NCBI RefSeq assembly: GCF_000023965.1
Contig: NC_013202.1
Location: forward strand, 1,770,001 to 1,802,000
Reading direction: 5' to 3'
Length of the DNA: 32,000 bases
DNA from: Halomicrobium mukohataei DSM 12286
GTDB lineage: Archaea > Halobacteriota > Halobacteria > Halobacteriales > Haloarculaceae
This document shows positions 14,971 through 24,630 of this stretch, piece by piece (the first letter of the stretch is position 1; each line of letters starts with the position of its first letter). Both the position numbers and the translations under genes were made by a program. The notes under the pieces are model-generated. The model saw only the letters and a program-made list of their open reading frames with translations. It was not told the DNA's origin and did not search any database.

Positions 14971-15540
14971 CTAGCTTCCCCGCTCGATCTGTTCGTGGGT
15001 CTCGACGACGCTCTCGAAGTCGTCGATCTCGGCTTCGAGTTGCCCGCGGAGCTCGCTCGCCCGCCGCTTTAGCTCCTGGTACTCCTCGCTGTCGGCCAGC
15101 TCGTACTGTGGCTGCTCGGATTCGAGCACGTCGAGTTTCGACCGGAGCTCGAAGAACTCGTCGAGCCGCTCGTCGGGCTCTCGGTCGACGTGCTGGGCGA
15201 CCGTCTCGCGCAGCGTCTCTCCGTCGATCGGTTTCGTCAGGTAGTCGTCGAAGTCCATCTCCAGAATGTTGAGGTCCGGACCGACGGCGGTCGCCATGAT
15301 CACGGGACAGTCGTACCCTCGCTCGCGCAACTCGGCGAGCACGTCGTCCCCGTGCATCTCCGGCATTCGCCGGTCGAGCAACACGGCGTCGACGTCGTCG
15401 TCGATGGCGTCGAGACCGGCGGCTCCACCGATCGCGACGCGTGTCTCGAACCCCTCCTCGAGGGCGAGCGCGTATGTCTCGGCCACGCTCTCCTCGTCTT
15501 CGACGACGAGGACGAGCGGCCGGTGATCCGTTCGTGCCAC
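14971..15540 (-). CDS. Response regulator, REC domain plus C-terminal HalX helical domain
   Basis: LVLVVEDEESVAETYALAL...VDAVLLDRRMPEMHGDDVLAELRERGYDCPVIMATAV...DDYLTKP is a receiver domain. It is followed by ...DEFFELRSKLDVLESE...EYQELKRRASELRGQLEAEIDDF, which is typical of haloarchaeal HalX. Confidence 0.9.
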   Translation of the reverse strand: MARTDHRPLVLVVEDEESVAETYALALEEGFETRVAIGGAAGLDAIDDDVDAVLLDRRMPEMHGDDVLAELRERGYDCPVIMATAVGPDLNILEMDFDDYLTKPIDGETLRETVAQHVDREPDERLDEFFELRSKLDVLESEQPQYELADSEEYQELKRRASELRGQLEAEIDDFESVVETHEQIERGS

Positions 15541-15723
15541 GTCTGTGGTCGTAGGGTCCCTGACGCAAAGAAGCTGACTGCAGTCGGGACAGCCCCTCGG
15601 GACGGCCTCGGTTGCCGTCGATTCGTATCTCCTCTCTCGTCACGAAACCACCACGAGCGTTCCGGTGATTTGATAGTGTCCGACAGTCGGATACCCTATA
15701 GTGATGCACGGGCGTGGTCGGCC

Positions 15724-17286
15724 GTGAGCTGGGGCGTCGACTGGCGGGCCAGCACGAGCCTCGTCGGTACCGTCGTGAAGTACCTCTCTCTGACGATGCT
15801 GGTGCCCCTCGTCGTCGCGGTCGTCTACGGCGAGGATATCGCCGTCTTCGTCGTGTCGATCGCCGCCACCGCCGTGCTCGGGCTGGCACTCGAACAGCTC
15901 GATCCGGAGCCAGATGTCGGCCCCCGCGAGGCGCTCGTGCTGGTCTCGTTCGCGTGGCTGGCCGCGGCCGCCGTCGGGACGATCCCCTATCTGATCGCCG
16001 GGAACGGCATCCCGTTCGTGATGGCTCCGAGCGCGCCCGCGTCGACGCTCGCCAATCCGGTCAACGCACTCTTCGAGTCGACGAGCGGCTTTACGACGAC
16101 GGGAGCCACGGTGCTGGGCGAGATCAGCACGGATCGTCACTCCCACGCAGTGATGATGTGGCGACAGCTCACCCAGTGGCTGGGTGGCATGGGGATCATC
16201 GTCCTGATGATCGCGATTCTGCCGGAGCTGGCGGTCAACGGCGCACAGCTGATGCAGTCCGAGGCCCCCGGTCCGGAACTCCAGAAGCTCACCCCCAAGA
16301 TCGTCGAGACGGCCCGCGCGCTGTGGCTGATCTACTTCGGCTTCACCGTGCTGTACGTCGCCGTGATGTACGGCCTCCAGTTCGTCGGGCTGGCCGAGAA
16401 CATGACGCTGTACAACGCGGTCGCCCACGGTTTCTCGACGATGCCGACTGGCGGCTTCTCGCCCGAGGCCGCCAGTATCGCCGCGTTCAAGCCGATCGTC
16501 CAGTGGGTCGCGATCCCGTTCATGGTCGCGGCTGGTATCAACTTCGCCCTGTTCTGGCACGTCGTCCGCGGCGAGTTCCGATCGCTTCTCGAAGACACGG
16601 AGTTCCGGGCCTACGCCGGTGCGACGGCAGTACTGATCGCCGTGCTGTCGGCGCTACTGTTCCGCGGGGCTGCACCGCCGCTCGAACTCGGCGGGACGAC
16701 GGCCGGCGCGACCGAGAACGCGCTGCGTCAGGCGGCCTTCCAGATCGCTTCCCTGCTGAACTCGACGGGATTCGCGACCAGTGACTTCGCCCAGTGGGAC
16801 GACCACACGAAGATCTTCCTGCTGTTTACGATGTTTATCGGCGGCTCTGCCGGATCGACCGGCGGGGGTGTGAAGGTCGTCCGGTGGCTCGTCGTGTTCA
16901 AAGCGGTCCGTCGGGAACTGTTCACGACGGCGAATCCAAACACGGTTCGTCCGGTCCGGCTCGCCGGACAGGTCGTCGACGAGGACGCGATCCGCGGAAT
17001 CATGGGCTTTACGCTGCTGTACCTGGTGCTGTTCGGCATTAGCGCGGTCTTTCTCGGTCTCGATTCTGCGCGAGTGGGCTACGACCTGACCGTCCTTGAG
17101 TCGGTCAGTGCCTCACTGGCAGCACTGGGGAACATCGGCCCGGGATTCGGCCGCCTGGGGCCGTTCGGGAGCTACCTCGATCTCCCGGACACCTCGAAGC
17201 TGTTGATGGTGTTCCTGATGTGGATCGGTCGCCTCGAGATCGTCCCCGTACTCGCGCTGTTCGTCGACCGACTGGACCGATCGTAG
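15724..17286 (+). CDS. trkH: Trk-type K+ uptake membrane subunit TrkH
   Basis: Multi-TM protein with ...FESTSGFTTTGATVL..., ...WRQLTQWLGGMGIIVLMIAILP..., ...LNSTGFATSDFAQW..., ...FIGGSAGSTGGGVKV... The true N-terminus has no in-frame ATG. I place the start at the GTG at 15724 (MSWGVDWRASTSLVGTVVKYL). The part of the listed ORF upstream of that is antisense to the response regulator. Confidence 0.88.
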   Translation: MSWGVDWRASTSLVGTVVKYLSLTMLVPLVVAVVYGEDIAVFVVSIAATAVLGLALEQLDPEPDVGPREALVLVSFAWLAAAAVGTIPYLIAGNGIPFVMAPSAPASTLANPVNALFESTSGFTTTGATVLGEISTDRHSHAVMMWRQLTQWLGGMGIIVLMIAILPELAVNGAQLMQSEAPGPELQKLTPKIVETARALWLIYFGFTVLYVAVMYGLQFVGLAENMTLYNAVAHGFSTMPTGGFSPEAASIAAFKPIVQWVAIPFMVAAGINFALFWHVVRGEFRSLLEDTEFRAYAGATAVLIAVLSALLFRGAAPPLELGGTTAGATENALRQAAFQIASLLNSTGFATSDFAQWDDHTKIFLLFTMFIGGSAGSTGGGVKVVRWLVVFKAVRRELFTTANPNTVRPVRLAGQVVDEDAIRGIMGFTLLYLVLFGISAVFLGLDSARVGYDLTVLESVSASLAALGNIGPGFGRLGPFGSYLDLPDTSKLLMVFLMWIGRLEIVPVLALFVDRLDRS

Positions 17287-17350
17287 CGGGTCCGTAACGT
17301 ACTTGCCGACACCTCCGGAAGGGTGTGGAAATGACACGGGAGTGGACCGT

Positions 17351-18688
17351 ATGCGCGTGATCATCGTCGGGGCCGGTGAGGTCGGCCGCTCGATCGCCGC
17401 GAACCTCGCCGACGGACACGACGTCGTGGTCGTCGAACGCGACGCCGAACTCGTCGAAGAACTCACCTACTCGCTGGACGTGCTCGCGATCGAGGGCGAC
17501 GGTACCAAACTCGACGTTCTCCGAGAGGCCGGCGTCGAGGAGGCCGACATGCTGATCGCCAGTACCGACATCGACGAGATCAACATCGTCGCTTGCGGTG
17601 CGGCAAAGGCGATCTCTGACGCGTTCACCATCGCGCGGGTGAAGCGCCGGGACCTCCTGGAGACGTGGCAGAACACGAACCGGGCGTTCGATGTCGACTT
17701 CATGGTCAGTTCCGACCTGTTGACCGCAGAAGCCATTTTCCGTATCTCCGGCGTGCCCGGTGCCCAGGACGTCGATACGTTCGCGGGCGGAATCGTCCGG
17801 ATGGCGGAGTTCGAGATCGACGAGGACAGTCCGGTCACTGGCCAGTCAGTCAGAGAAGCGGACCGCTACGCGTCGCTGACGTTCGCTGCCCTGTTCCGAG
17901 ACGAGGAAGTCATCATTCCGACCGGCGACACCGTCATCGAGATCGGCGACCGGGTGGTCGTCATCGGGAGCCCGGATTCGATCGGCGACTTCGCGACCGA
18001 TACGGTGTGTGCGGGCGACGAGAGCGGGGCCGACTCGGTCGTCATCGTCGGCGGCAGCAAGATCGGGTTCGAGGTCGCGCGCCTGTTCGAAGAACACGGG
18101 TACTATCCACAACTGATCGAGCGCGACGAGGACCGGGCCCGCGAACTGGCCGAACAGCTCCCGAACACGACCGTCCTCCAGAGCGACGCGACCGATTCGG
18201 AGTTTCTCCTCGAAGAGCGCGTCGACGAGGCTGACGTCGTCGTCGCCGCTCTGGAAAGCGACGAGAAGAACCTGCTCGTCTCGCTGCTGGCAGAGCGCAT
18301 CGGCGTCGACCGGACGATCGCCGTCGTCAACCAGGTCGAGTACGCCGATCTGTTCGAGACCGTCGGCGTCGACATCGCGGTCAACCCCCGCGAGGAGACG
18401 GCCGAGGAGATCGTTCGCTTCACGCGGGACAACCGAACCGAGAAGATCGCCATGCTCGAACACGATCTGGCGGAAGTCATCGAGATCGAGATCGAATCCG
18501 ACAGCGTGTTGGCGGGTCGCCCGATCGCCGACGCCGTTCAGGACCTCCCGCCGGGCGTCGTCGTCGGGGCGGTCTCCCGTAGCGGCACACTCGTGACGCC
18601 ACGCGGCGATACGACGATCGAGGTCGGTGACCACGCCATCGTGTTCGTCGAATCAGCAATCGTCGACGAGGTCAGCGCGATTATCTGA
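17351..18688 (+). CDS. trkA: Trk system NAD-binding subunit TrkA (two RCK-N/RCK-C pairs)
   Basis: Taken from the ATG at 17351: MRVIIVGAGEVGRSIAANL..., with a second Rossmann motif VVIVGGSKIGFEVARLF. Confidence 0.93.
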   Translation: MRVIIVGAGEVGRSIAANLADGHDVVVVERDAELVEELTYSLDVLAIEGDGTKLDVLREAGVEEADMLIASTDIDEINIVACGAAKAISDAFTIARVKRRDLLETWQNTNRAFDVDFMVSSDLLTAEAIFRISGVPGAQDVDTFAGGIVRMAEFEIDEDSPVTGQSVREADRYASLTFAALFRDEEVIIPTGDTVIEIGDRVVVIGSPDSIGDFATDTVCAGDESGADSVVIVGGSKIGFEVARLFEEHGYYPQLIERDEDRARELAEQLPNTTVLQSDATDSEFLLEERVDEADVVVAALESDEKNLLVSLLAERIGVDRTIAVVNQVEYADLFETVGVDIAVNPREETAEEIVRFTRDNRTEKIAMLEHDLAEVIEIEIESDSVLAGRPIADAVQDLPPGVVVGAVSRSGTLVTPRGDTTIEVGDHAIVFVESAIVDEVSAII

Positions 18689-18768
18689 GCCGCCGCCCCG
18701 GTGGGTCACGGTCGGCGTCTCCCAGTCTCGCCGTCCTCACCAGCCCTGCGGGACCTCGACGGCGTCGC

Positions 18769-19614
18769 TCACCCGTCCAGCGTCGCTTCGGTGTCGATGC
18801 CGTACACGCGGGCGGGCGTCTCGACGTGGGCCCGGTGGACGGCCTCGTCGTGACCCTCCTCCAGGAGCCACCGGACCCGCCGCGGGACTGTCTTCGGTCC
18901 GAGCACCGCGCCGGGTCGGTCGGGGTCGTCGATGTAGTCGGTCTCCATCAGGAACGGCTCGTCGGTCTCGATAGCGTCCTCGATGTCGTCTTTGTTGGCG
19001 ATGACGCTCTTGACCGGGCCGCGGACGCGGCCGTTCGAGTAGTGTTTGACGACCTGCTCGCGGGGCAGCCCCTCGCTCTCGGCCCACTCGGCGATCTCGG
19101 TGAACTCCTCGCCGCCCTCCGTGTGGAGCTGGACGACACAGCCCACCTCGCCGGCCAGATCGAAGGCGTGGCGCATCACCGCGTTCGACGCCTCCCAGAC
19201 GGCGTCGTCGACCTCGTAGTGGGGCCGCCCGGACTTGATCGCCAGCGCCGGACCGTCGGCGACGTACTCGGCGGCCACGTCCAGCCCGGCCTGCATGATG
19301 TCCCGGGCTTGCGCGGGCGTGTAGCCGTCGTCGACGAGCTGGCTGATCAGCGCCGGGTGGACGCCAAGCACCGGCCAGGCCCTCCCGGGCAGGACCTCGT
19401 CGGCCGCCGCCGTGATCTCGACCGTCAGATCGAAACACTCCCGGAAGATCGACTCGTCGGTGGCCGCCTCGACGAGGTTCCAGGAGGGCTTGTTCAGCAC
19501 GTTCAGGTGGGTGCCGCCGTGGTCGGCGAACTCCGCGACGGCTTCGACCCCGCGACCGTTGACCGGATCGAGGTGGAGGTGGTTGTCCAGCACCGGCGTG
19601 TCGAGTTCGTCCAT
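18769..19614 (-). CDS. TatD-family metal-dependent hydrolase
   Basis: Taken from the ATG at 19614: MDELDTPVLDNHLHLDP..., VLGVHP, VVQLHTEGG, LMETDY. These fit the amidohydrolase-fold metal ligands of TatD-like proteins. Confidence 0.82.
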   Translation of the reverse strand: MDELDTPVLDNHLHLDPVNGRGVEAVAEFADHGGTHLNVLNKPSWNLVEAATDESIFRECFDLTVEITAAADEVLPGRAWPVLGVHPALISQLVDDGYTPAQARDIMQAGLDVAAEYVADGPALAIKSGRPHYEVDDAVWEASNAVMRHAFDLAGEVGCVVQLHTEGGEEFTEIAEWAESEGLPREQVVKHYSNGRVRGPVKSVIANKDDIEDAIETDEPFLMETDYIDDPDRPGAVLGPKTVPRRVRWLLEEGHDEAVHRAHVETPARVYGIDTEATLDG

Positions 19615-19648
19615 ACGCGGTCGTGGGGCGGCCGAGACAAAAGGAGTG

Positions 19649-20107
19649 CTACTCTTCGAGCGTCGTCGCGTTCTGAGCGGCGTTGCGAAGTGCATCCGAG
19701 CGGCCGTGTTCGCCCGGCGCGATCGCCAGCGTCTCGATGCCCCGCTCGCCGACACTCTCCAGGACGGGCTTGAAGTCGGTGTCTCGCGAGACGATCGCCA
19801 GCAGATCGATCGCGTCGTCGGCTCCGGCGGCGGTGGCGTCGACGGCCAGCTTCACGTCCACGTCGCCGCTGGTGACGACGACCTCGAAGCCACGCGCCTC
19901 CGCGGCCTGAATCAGGCCCGGCGTGGCGTGTTCGTCCACGTAGAGCCGCGTTATCGCCAGCCGCCCCCAGTTTTCGGCTTCCTCGCGCACGTCGTCGAGG
20001 TCCACGTCGAACTCGCTGCGCAGCACGTTCGGCCCGTCGACGAACACTCCCACCCGCGGCTCGCTCGCGTCGTCGCCGCCCCCGAGGAGCCGGCTCACCA
20101 GTTTCAT
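19649..20107 (-). CDS. NYN (LabA-like) domain protein
   Basis: 152 aa: VGVFVDGPNVLRSEF...VVVTSGDVDVKLAVDA...LAIVSRDTDFKPVLE. The acidic residue pattern is that of NYN/PIN-like ribonuclease domains. Confidence 0.78.
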   Translation of the reverse strand: MKLVSRLLGGGDDASEPRVGVFVDGPNVLRSEFDVDLDDVREEAENWGRLAITRLYVDEHATPGLIQAAEARGFEVVVTSGDVDVKLAVDATAAGADDAIDLLAIVSRDTDFKPVLESVGERGIETLAIAPGEHGRSDALRNAAQNATTLEE

Positions 20108-20191
20108 ACCTGCCGGTCCGACCGGACGAGTAAAGGGGTTACTGCTCGCGGATCCACTACAGTTAACCGGCCGATCTCACAACGACCTCGC

Positions 20192-20479
20192 ATGGAGCGA
20201 CTGCGAAACTGGCTCACCGACATCTTCTACACCTACCTGTACGGCGACTGGGAGTCGGCCACGCACGGCGTCTGGCTCTACGGACACACTGCGATCCTGC
20301 TCGCGACGGCGCTGGTCGGCTACACGTTCGCACGCGGACGGTACCTCCTCACAGCTCTCCTCCTCCCCTTCCCGATCGTCTACTTCTACAAGCGTCACGA
20401 GAAAGCCCAGACGTACACGGTCCACTCGGACACGCCGATCGAGCCCGGCGAGGAGTACGACCCGGACGAACATCGATAG
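20192..20479 (+). CDS. Small membrane protein (95 aa, two predicted TM helices), unknown function
   Basis: MERLRNWLTDIFYTYLYGDWESATHGVWLYGHTAILLATALVGYTF...LLTALLLPFPIVYFY... The start is the first ATG after the intergenic gap. The longer listed ORF is antisense to the NYN/TatD genes. Confidence 0.55.
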   Translation: MERLRNWLTDIFYTYLYGDWESATHGVWLYGHTAILLATALVGYTFARGRYLLTALLLPFPIVYFYKRHEKAQTYTVHSDTPIEPGEEYDPDEHR

Positions 20480-20500
20480 ACGGTCGCACTCGCTGGGGTG

Positions 20501-20785
20501 TCACTCGATCTCCAGGGAGCTACCGCTGGCACCGCCGTCGGCGTTCTCCGGCCACTCCAGTTCGAACTCGACGCTGAGTTCGCCGTCGCCGTCGGTCGGT
20601 CCTTCGCGTTCGGCTTTCACCTCGAACTCGACGGTCTCCGGGAGCTCCATCGTCACGGACTGGTCGCCCGCACGCAGCGTGAGCGGTCCGTCCGCGTCGA
20701 GGCTGTCGGCGACCTGCCGGAGGTACGCGGCGACATCGGTACGGCGCTGGTCGGATTCGGACTCGAAGAGGACTTCTTCGGGCAT
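20501..20785 (-). CDS. Small acidic protein, amphi-Trp-domain-like
   Basis: 94 aa: ...RTDVAAYLRQVADSLDADGPLTLRAGDQSVTMELPETVEFEVKAEREG...ELSVEFELEW... The layout is typical of the small haloarchaeal amphi-Trp proteins. Confidence 0.62.
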   Translation of the reverse strand: MPEEVLFESESDQRRTDVAAYLRQVADSLDADGPLTLRAGDQSVTMELPETVEFEVKAEREGPTDGDGELSVEFELEWPENADGGASGSSLEIE

Positions 20786-20908
20786 ACTTCCCCGTTGGAG
20801 CCCCGTACTGATATACTGTCCCGACAGTCGAATCAGTTGACACGGTGACCGAACCGCCCTCGGTGTGAATCGAGCGCGTCGATCCTCGGCGGCGACGAGA
20901 GCGGCCGG

Positions 20909-22090
20909 CTACGCGCTCGGGGCCGCGCCGCGGCGACGCCAGTGGAGGAACACGGGCAGGGTCAGGGCCGCGATCCCGATCTCGATCCCGCCGGTGACGA
21001 GGAAGGCGGTGACGTAGCCGGCCCGCTCTGCGACGGTGCCGCCGATCAACACCCCCGCGAGGAAGCCGACGCTCCCGAAGACGTTGAACCCCGCCATGGC
21101 CGCCCCGCGTTCTTCGGGGGCCGCCAGGTCCGTCACGAGTGCCATCGTCGCCGGAGCCATCAGCGCGCCGATGATCCCCACTACGACCATCCCGAGCCCG
21201 ACCAGCTCGATTCGGGGCGCGAGCCCCACGCCGACGACCGCGACGCCGTAGCACGCAGAGCCGGCGACGATCGGACCCGTTCGCCCGATCCGGTCCGAGA
21301 GGACGCCGAAGGGGTACTGCAGGAGCGCGAAGGGCGCGAAAAAGAGCGCGAGCACGATCCCGGTCGCGCCCGGCGAGAGGTCGAAGGCCGTCCGGAAGTA
21401 AAGCGTCCCGACCAGCGCGAAGAAACCGGCGGTAAAGCGGTCGATGAAGCCGTAGGCGTAGGGGACGACCAGCCGCGGACGTGCGGTGACGCTCTCGACG
21501 GCCGCACCGAGGCCGCGCCGGTCCGTCGGTGCCCGGTCGGTCACCGTCACGGCCAGTACCGCGCTACAGGTCAGGAGGACGCTCGCGCCCGCGACCGGGA
21601 CCAGCGGCCCGATCTCGTACAGCTGCCCGCCGAGTGGCGCACCCAGTGCCGTCCCCGAGCCGATGGCGATCCCAGCCGCTCCCATGTTGCGGCCGTGGCC
21701 CCCGTCCAGGTCCATCAGCATCGTCATCGCCAGCGAGAAGGCACCGATCGTCATCGCTCCCTGAGCGATCCGCAGTCCGAGGACGGTCGGGAAGGCGGGT
21801 CCGAGCCGGGGCGCGACCAGCAACGCGGCGTAGCCCGCCGCGCCCCCGAGCGCACCGGCGACGATGTAGGGCGTGCGGCGTCCGGTCGCGTCGCTGACGA
21901 TTCCCCAGACGCCGGCACAGAGCACGAACGCTCCGAACTCGGCAGCGAGAAACCACATGCTGGCCTGGAGGTCAGTCGTCGCCCCCAGCGCAGCCACGAG
22001 CGTGTCGATGCCGGGGTAGAGCAACACCTGTGCCAGCAGGACCAGGAACACGACGCCGGCCAGCGCTCCCCGCGCTCGTCGCTCGCTCAC
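20909..22090 (-). CDS. MFS transporter
   Basis: 393 aa with ~12 hydrophobic segments. It carries an MFS loop motif (...SDATGRRTPY... and ...LSDRIGRTGP...). Confidence 0.85.
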   Translation of the reverse strand: MSERRARGALAGVVFLVLLAQVLLYPGIDTLVAALGATTDLQASMWFLAAEFGAFVLCAGVWGIVSDATGRRTPYIVAGALGGAAGYAALLVAPRLGPAFPTVLGLRIAQGAMTIGAFSLAMTMLMDLDGGHGRNMGAAGIAIGSGTALGAPLGGQLYEIGPLVPVAGASVLLTCSAVLAVTVTDRAPTDRRGLGAAVESVTARPRLVVPYAYGFIDRFTAGFFALVGTLYFRTAFDLSPGATGIVLALFFAPFALLQYPFGVLSDRIGRTGPIVAGSACYGVAVVGVGLAPRIELVGLGMVVVGIIGALMAPATMALVTDLAAPEERGAAMAGFNVFGSVGFLAGVLIGGTVAERAGYVTAFLVTGGIEIGIAALTLPVFLHWRRRGAAPSA

Positions 22091-22210
22091 GGTCGCCGCT
22101 TGGGTCGCGAGGATAATACGAATGTCGGGTTCGGACCGCCCGCGGGCGAACTACCGGCCGGGACGGGCGCGAGCCAAACCGTTATCCGTGGCACTCTCCG
22201 GGCTGTGGCT

Positions 22211-23239
22211 ATGGACCTCTCGATCGTCGACCTCTCCCCGGTACCGGCTGGTGGCACCGCGACCGACGCCTACGAAAACACCGTCGCGGCCGCACAGCAG
22301 GCAGAACGCCTCGGCTACGAGCGGTTCTGGGTGGCCGAACACCACGGGATGGCCGACAAGCTCGCGGGAACGACGCCGGAAGTGTTGCTCGGCCACCTGG
22401 CCGCCGAGACGACGGCGATCCGCCTCGGGTCGGGCGCGGTGTTGCTCAACCACTACAGCCCGTTCAAGGTCGCCGAGCAGTTCGGCGCGCTGGACGGGCT
22501 CGCGCCCGGCCGGATCGACGCCGGGCTGGGCCGAGCCAACGGCTCGCCGGCCGTCGACCGCGCGCTGGGGACCGACCGCCGCGTCCAGAACCCGGACGAG
22601 GACCACGCCGAGAAGATCGAGGCGGTCGTCAGCCACCTCTACGACGACTATCCGCCGGAACACGCCTACAGCGACGTGGAGATTCCGCGATCCGACGCGG
22701 CCCCGCCCGCCCCGTGGGTGCTCGGATCGAGTCCGTCGAGTGCGACGATCGCCGGCGAGCTCGGTCTGCCGTTTTGCTTCGCGGCGTTCATCCGGCCGCA
22801 GTTCGCTACCCACGCCTTCGAGGCGTACCGCGAGGCCTTCCAGCCCAGCCAGCTCGCTGGTGGTCTCGACGAACCCGACGGCATGGTCGCGGTCAACGCG
22901 GTCGCCGCCGAAAGCGACGCCGAAGCGGCGCGGCTCCGCGCGGTGGCCGAGGCGTCGTACAAACGGATGGAGCGTGGCGTCGTCGGCACGACCCCGTCCG
23001 TCGAGGAGGCCATCGACGAACTCGGGGGCGTTCCCGAACCGACACCGGCCACGCTCGACGACGACGAGTGGCCCCGCGCCATCTCGGGTAGTCCAGAGAC
23101 GCTGGCCGGCCTGCTCGAACAGCTCTCGGACCGCGTCGGCGTCGACGAGGTGATGATCCAGCACGTCGTCGCGGACCACGACGACGCGATGCGCTCCCAC
23201 GAGCTGCTGGCCGAGGGCGTCGGGCTCACACCCCGGTAG
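22211..23239 (+). CDS. LLM-class (luciferase-like) flavin-dependent oxidoreductase
   Basis: Taken from the ATG at 22211: MDLSIVDLSPVP...AERLGYERFWVAEHHGM...IRLGSGAVLLNHYSPFKVAEQFGALDGLAPGRIDAGLGRA... Confidence 0.87.
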   Translation: MDLSIVDLSPVPAGGTATDAYENTVAAAQQAERLGYERFWVAEHHGMADKLAGTTPEVLLGHLAAETTAIRLGSGAVLLNHYSPFKVAEQFGALDGLAPGRIDAGLGRANGSPAVDRALGTDRRVQNPDEDHAEKIEAVVSHLYDDYPPEHAYSDVEIPRSDAAPPAPWVLGSSPSSATIAGELGLPFCFAAFIRPQFATHAFEAYREAFQPSQLAGGLDEPDGMVAVNAVAAESDAEAARLRAVAEASYKRMERGVVGTTPSVEEAIDELGGVPEPTPATLDDDEWPRAISGSPETLAGLLEQLSDRVGVDEVMIQHVVADHDDAMRSHELLAEGVGLTPR

Positions 23240-23244
23240 CGGCC

Positions 23245-24630
23245 CTACGCGTACGCCTCGAACTCGCGGCCGAACGCGAGAAAGGCGGCGACGCCGACGA
23301 TCCCGATCGCGGAGGCGACGGCGAACGCCAGCTCCGGGCCGGCCGTGATCGCTCCGAGGCCGGTCGACGCCGTCCAGTCGCTGCCGTAGAGCCACCCGCC
23401 CAGCGCGGCGCTCGGGATCACGAGCGTGTTTCGCAGGAGGTAGTAGGTCCCGGTGACGCGTCCGCCGGTGTCCTGTTCGGCCGGACCGACGATCAGCGCC
23501 TTGTGTGCCGGCAGGCCCGCGAACCGCAGCCCGGAGAAGGCAAACAGCAGGACCAGCACCCACTGATCGGCCGGCGCGAAGATCAACAGGAGCGGGAAGA
23601 CGGCGTAGACGGCGAAGCCGATGGCGACGACCGGCTTCAGCCCGACCCGCTCGGCGAGCTTCGAGACGGGGATCATCGACAGCAACGCGACGACCATCTC
23701 GACACCGAGCAGGACGCCGAAGAACGCGTCGGGACGCAGCGAGACGCCGGCGACGTCGAAGCCGACGGCGAGGAAGTCCGTGACGACGATGACGAAGAAG
23801 ACGTACACCATTCCGTTGGCGAAGCGCACGAGCGTGTCGGCGACGAGCAGCGGTCGCAACGTCGCGGGCATCGCTCTGAGGTCGTCGAGGACGCCGGAAA
23901 CGCCCTCGAAGGACTTGCCGACCGTATCGTCGCTGGCGTCGTAGAGGACGTGCTGTGCGACGGTCGCGACCGCGCCGAAGGCGACGGCGACGAGCAGGAT
24001 CCACTGGAAGCCGGTGACGAAGCCGGCCGCGACGGCGAGCAGACCGGCCGCGAGCAACGGTCCCAGCAGGAAGCCGATCCGGCGGAACACCTCGGTGCTG
24101 GCGAATCCCACCGCCAGATGTTCCCGGGCGACGCTCTGCTTGACGACCGCAAACGTCGCCCCCAGCCCGAACGACTTCCAGGCCTGCGTGAGAAAGAGGC
24201 CGACGAACAGCCAGAGCCACGGTTCGAGACGGCCGCCCAGCGTCACCGTGCCCGCGACCGGCAGGGCGAACTCGACGACCGGCACCGAGACCGTCGGGAC
24301 GAACGGCGCGACGTACCACAGCAGGAAGCCGACGGTCGCGATCGTCCCGAACAGCGTCAGCGCGAGCCGCGAGCCGATCCGGTCGGAGACGGCTCCGCCG
24401 GGATAGGGGTAGACCGCGCTGATGAGGTTGCCGACGCTCCCGTAGAGGCCGATCACGCCGGCACTCGCGCCCAGGACGTTCAGGTACTCGGGGACGTACC
24501 GACTCGTCATCTGGAAGGCGAGGCTGAAGGCGAGCATCGCGAGCGAGAGCACGAGCACGTCCCGTTCGAGCGCGAAGAACCGCCGGAACGGTGCCAGTAC
24601 GCTCGCGTCGTCGCCGGTTTCCGCCGTCAT
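23245..24630 (-). CDS. MFS transporter
   Basis: 461 aa with 12-14 hydrophobic segments. The motif ...GGAVSDRIGSRLALT... is present. Confidence 0.85.
   Translation of the reverse strand: MTAETGDDASVLAPFRRFFALERDVLVLSLAMLAFSLAFQMTSRYVPEYLNVLGASAGVIGLYGSVGNLISAVYPYPGGAVSDRIGSRLALTLFGTIATVGFLLWYVAPFVPTVSVPVVEFALPVAGTVTLGGRLEPWLWLFVGLFLTQAWKSFGLGATFAVVKQSVAREHLAVGFASTEVFRRIGFLLGPLLAAGLLAVAAGFVTGFQWILLVAVAFGAVATVAQHVLYDASDDTVGKSFEGVSGVLDDLRAMPATLRPLLVADTLVRFANGMVYVFFVIVVTDFLAVGFDVAGVSLRPDAFFGVLLGVEMVVALLSMIPVSKLAERVGLKPVVAIGFAVYAVFPLLLIFAPADQWVLVLLFAFSGLRFAGLPAHKALIVGPAEQDTGGRVTGTYYLLRNTLVIPSAALGGWLYGSDWTASTGLGAITAGPELAFAVASAIGIVGVAAFLAFGREFEAYA

Noticed and set aside
14690-15889. 399-aa minus-strand ORF
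   Set aside because: Its Arg-rich translation overlaps the response regulator and cbiT in other frames and has no domain signature.
18769-20107. Adjacent TatD-like hydrolase and NYN-domain genes as a possible nuclease-based defence or toxin module
   Set aside because: Both have core-genome composition. No partner genes (antitoxin, sensor ATPase, methylase) or mobile-element context are present, and both families are common housekeeping genes in haloarchaea. Nothing in the sequence supports a defence role.
15679-20835. Shared 10-mer CCGACAGTCG upstream of trkH (15680-15689) and upstream of the amphi-Trp gene (~20823-20832)
   Set aside because: A single 10-nt match between two sites in 32 kb of biased-composition DNA is expected by chance, so it is not sufficient to call a common operator.
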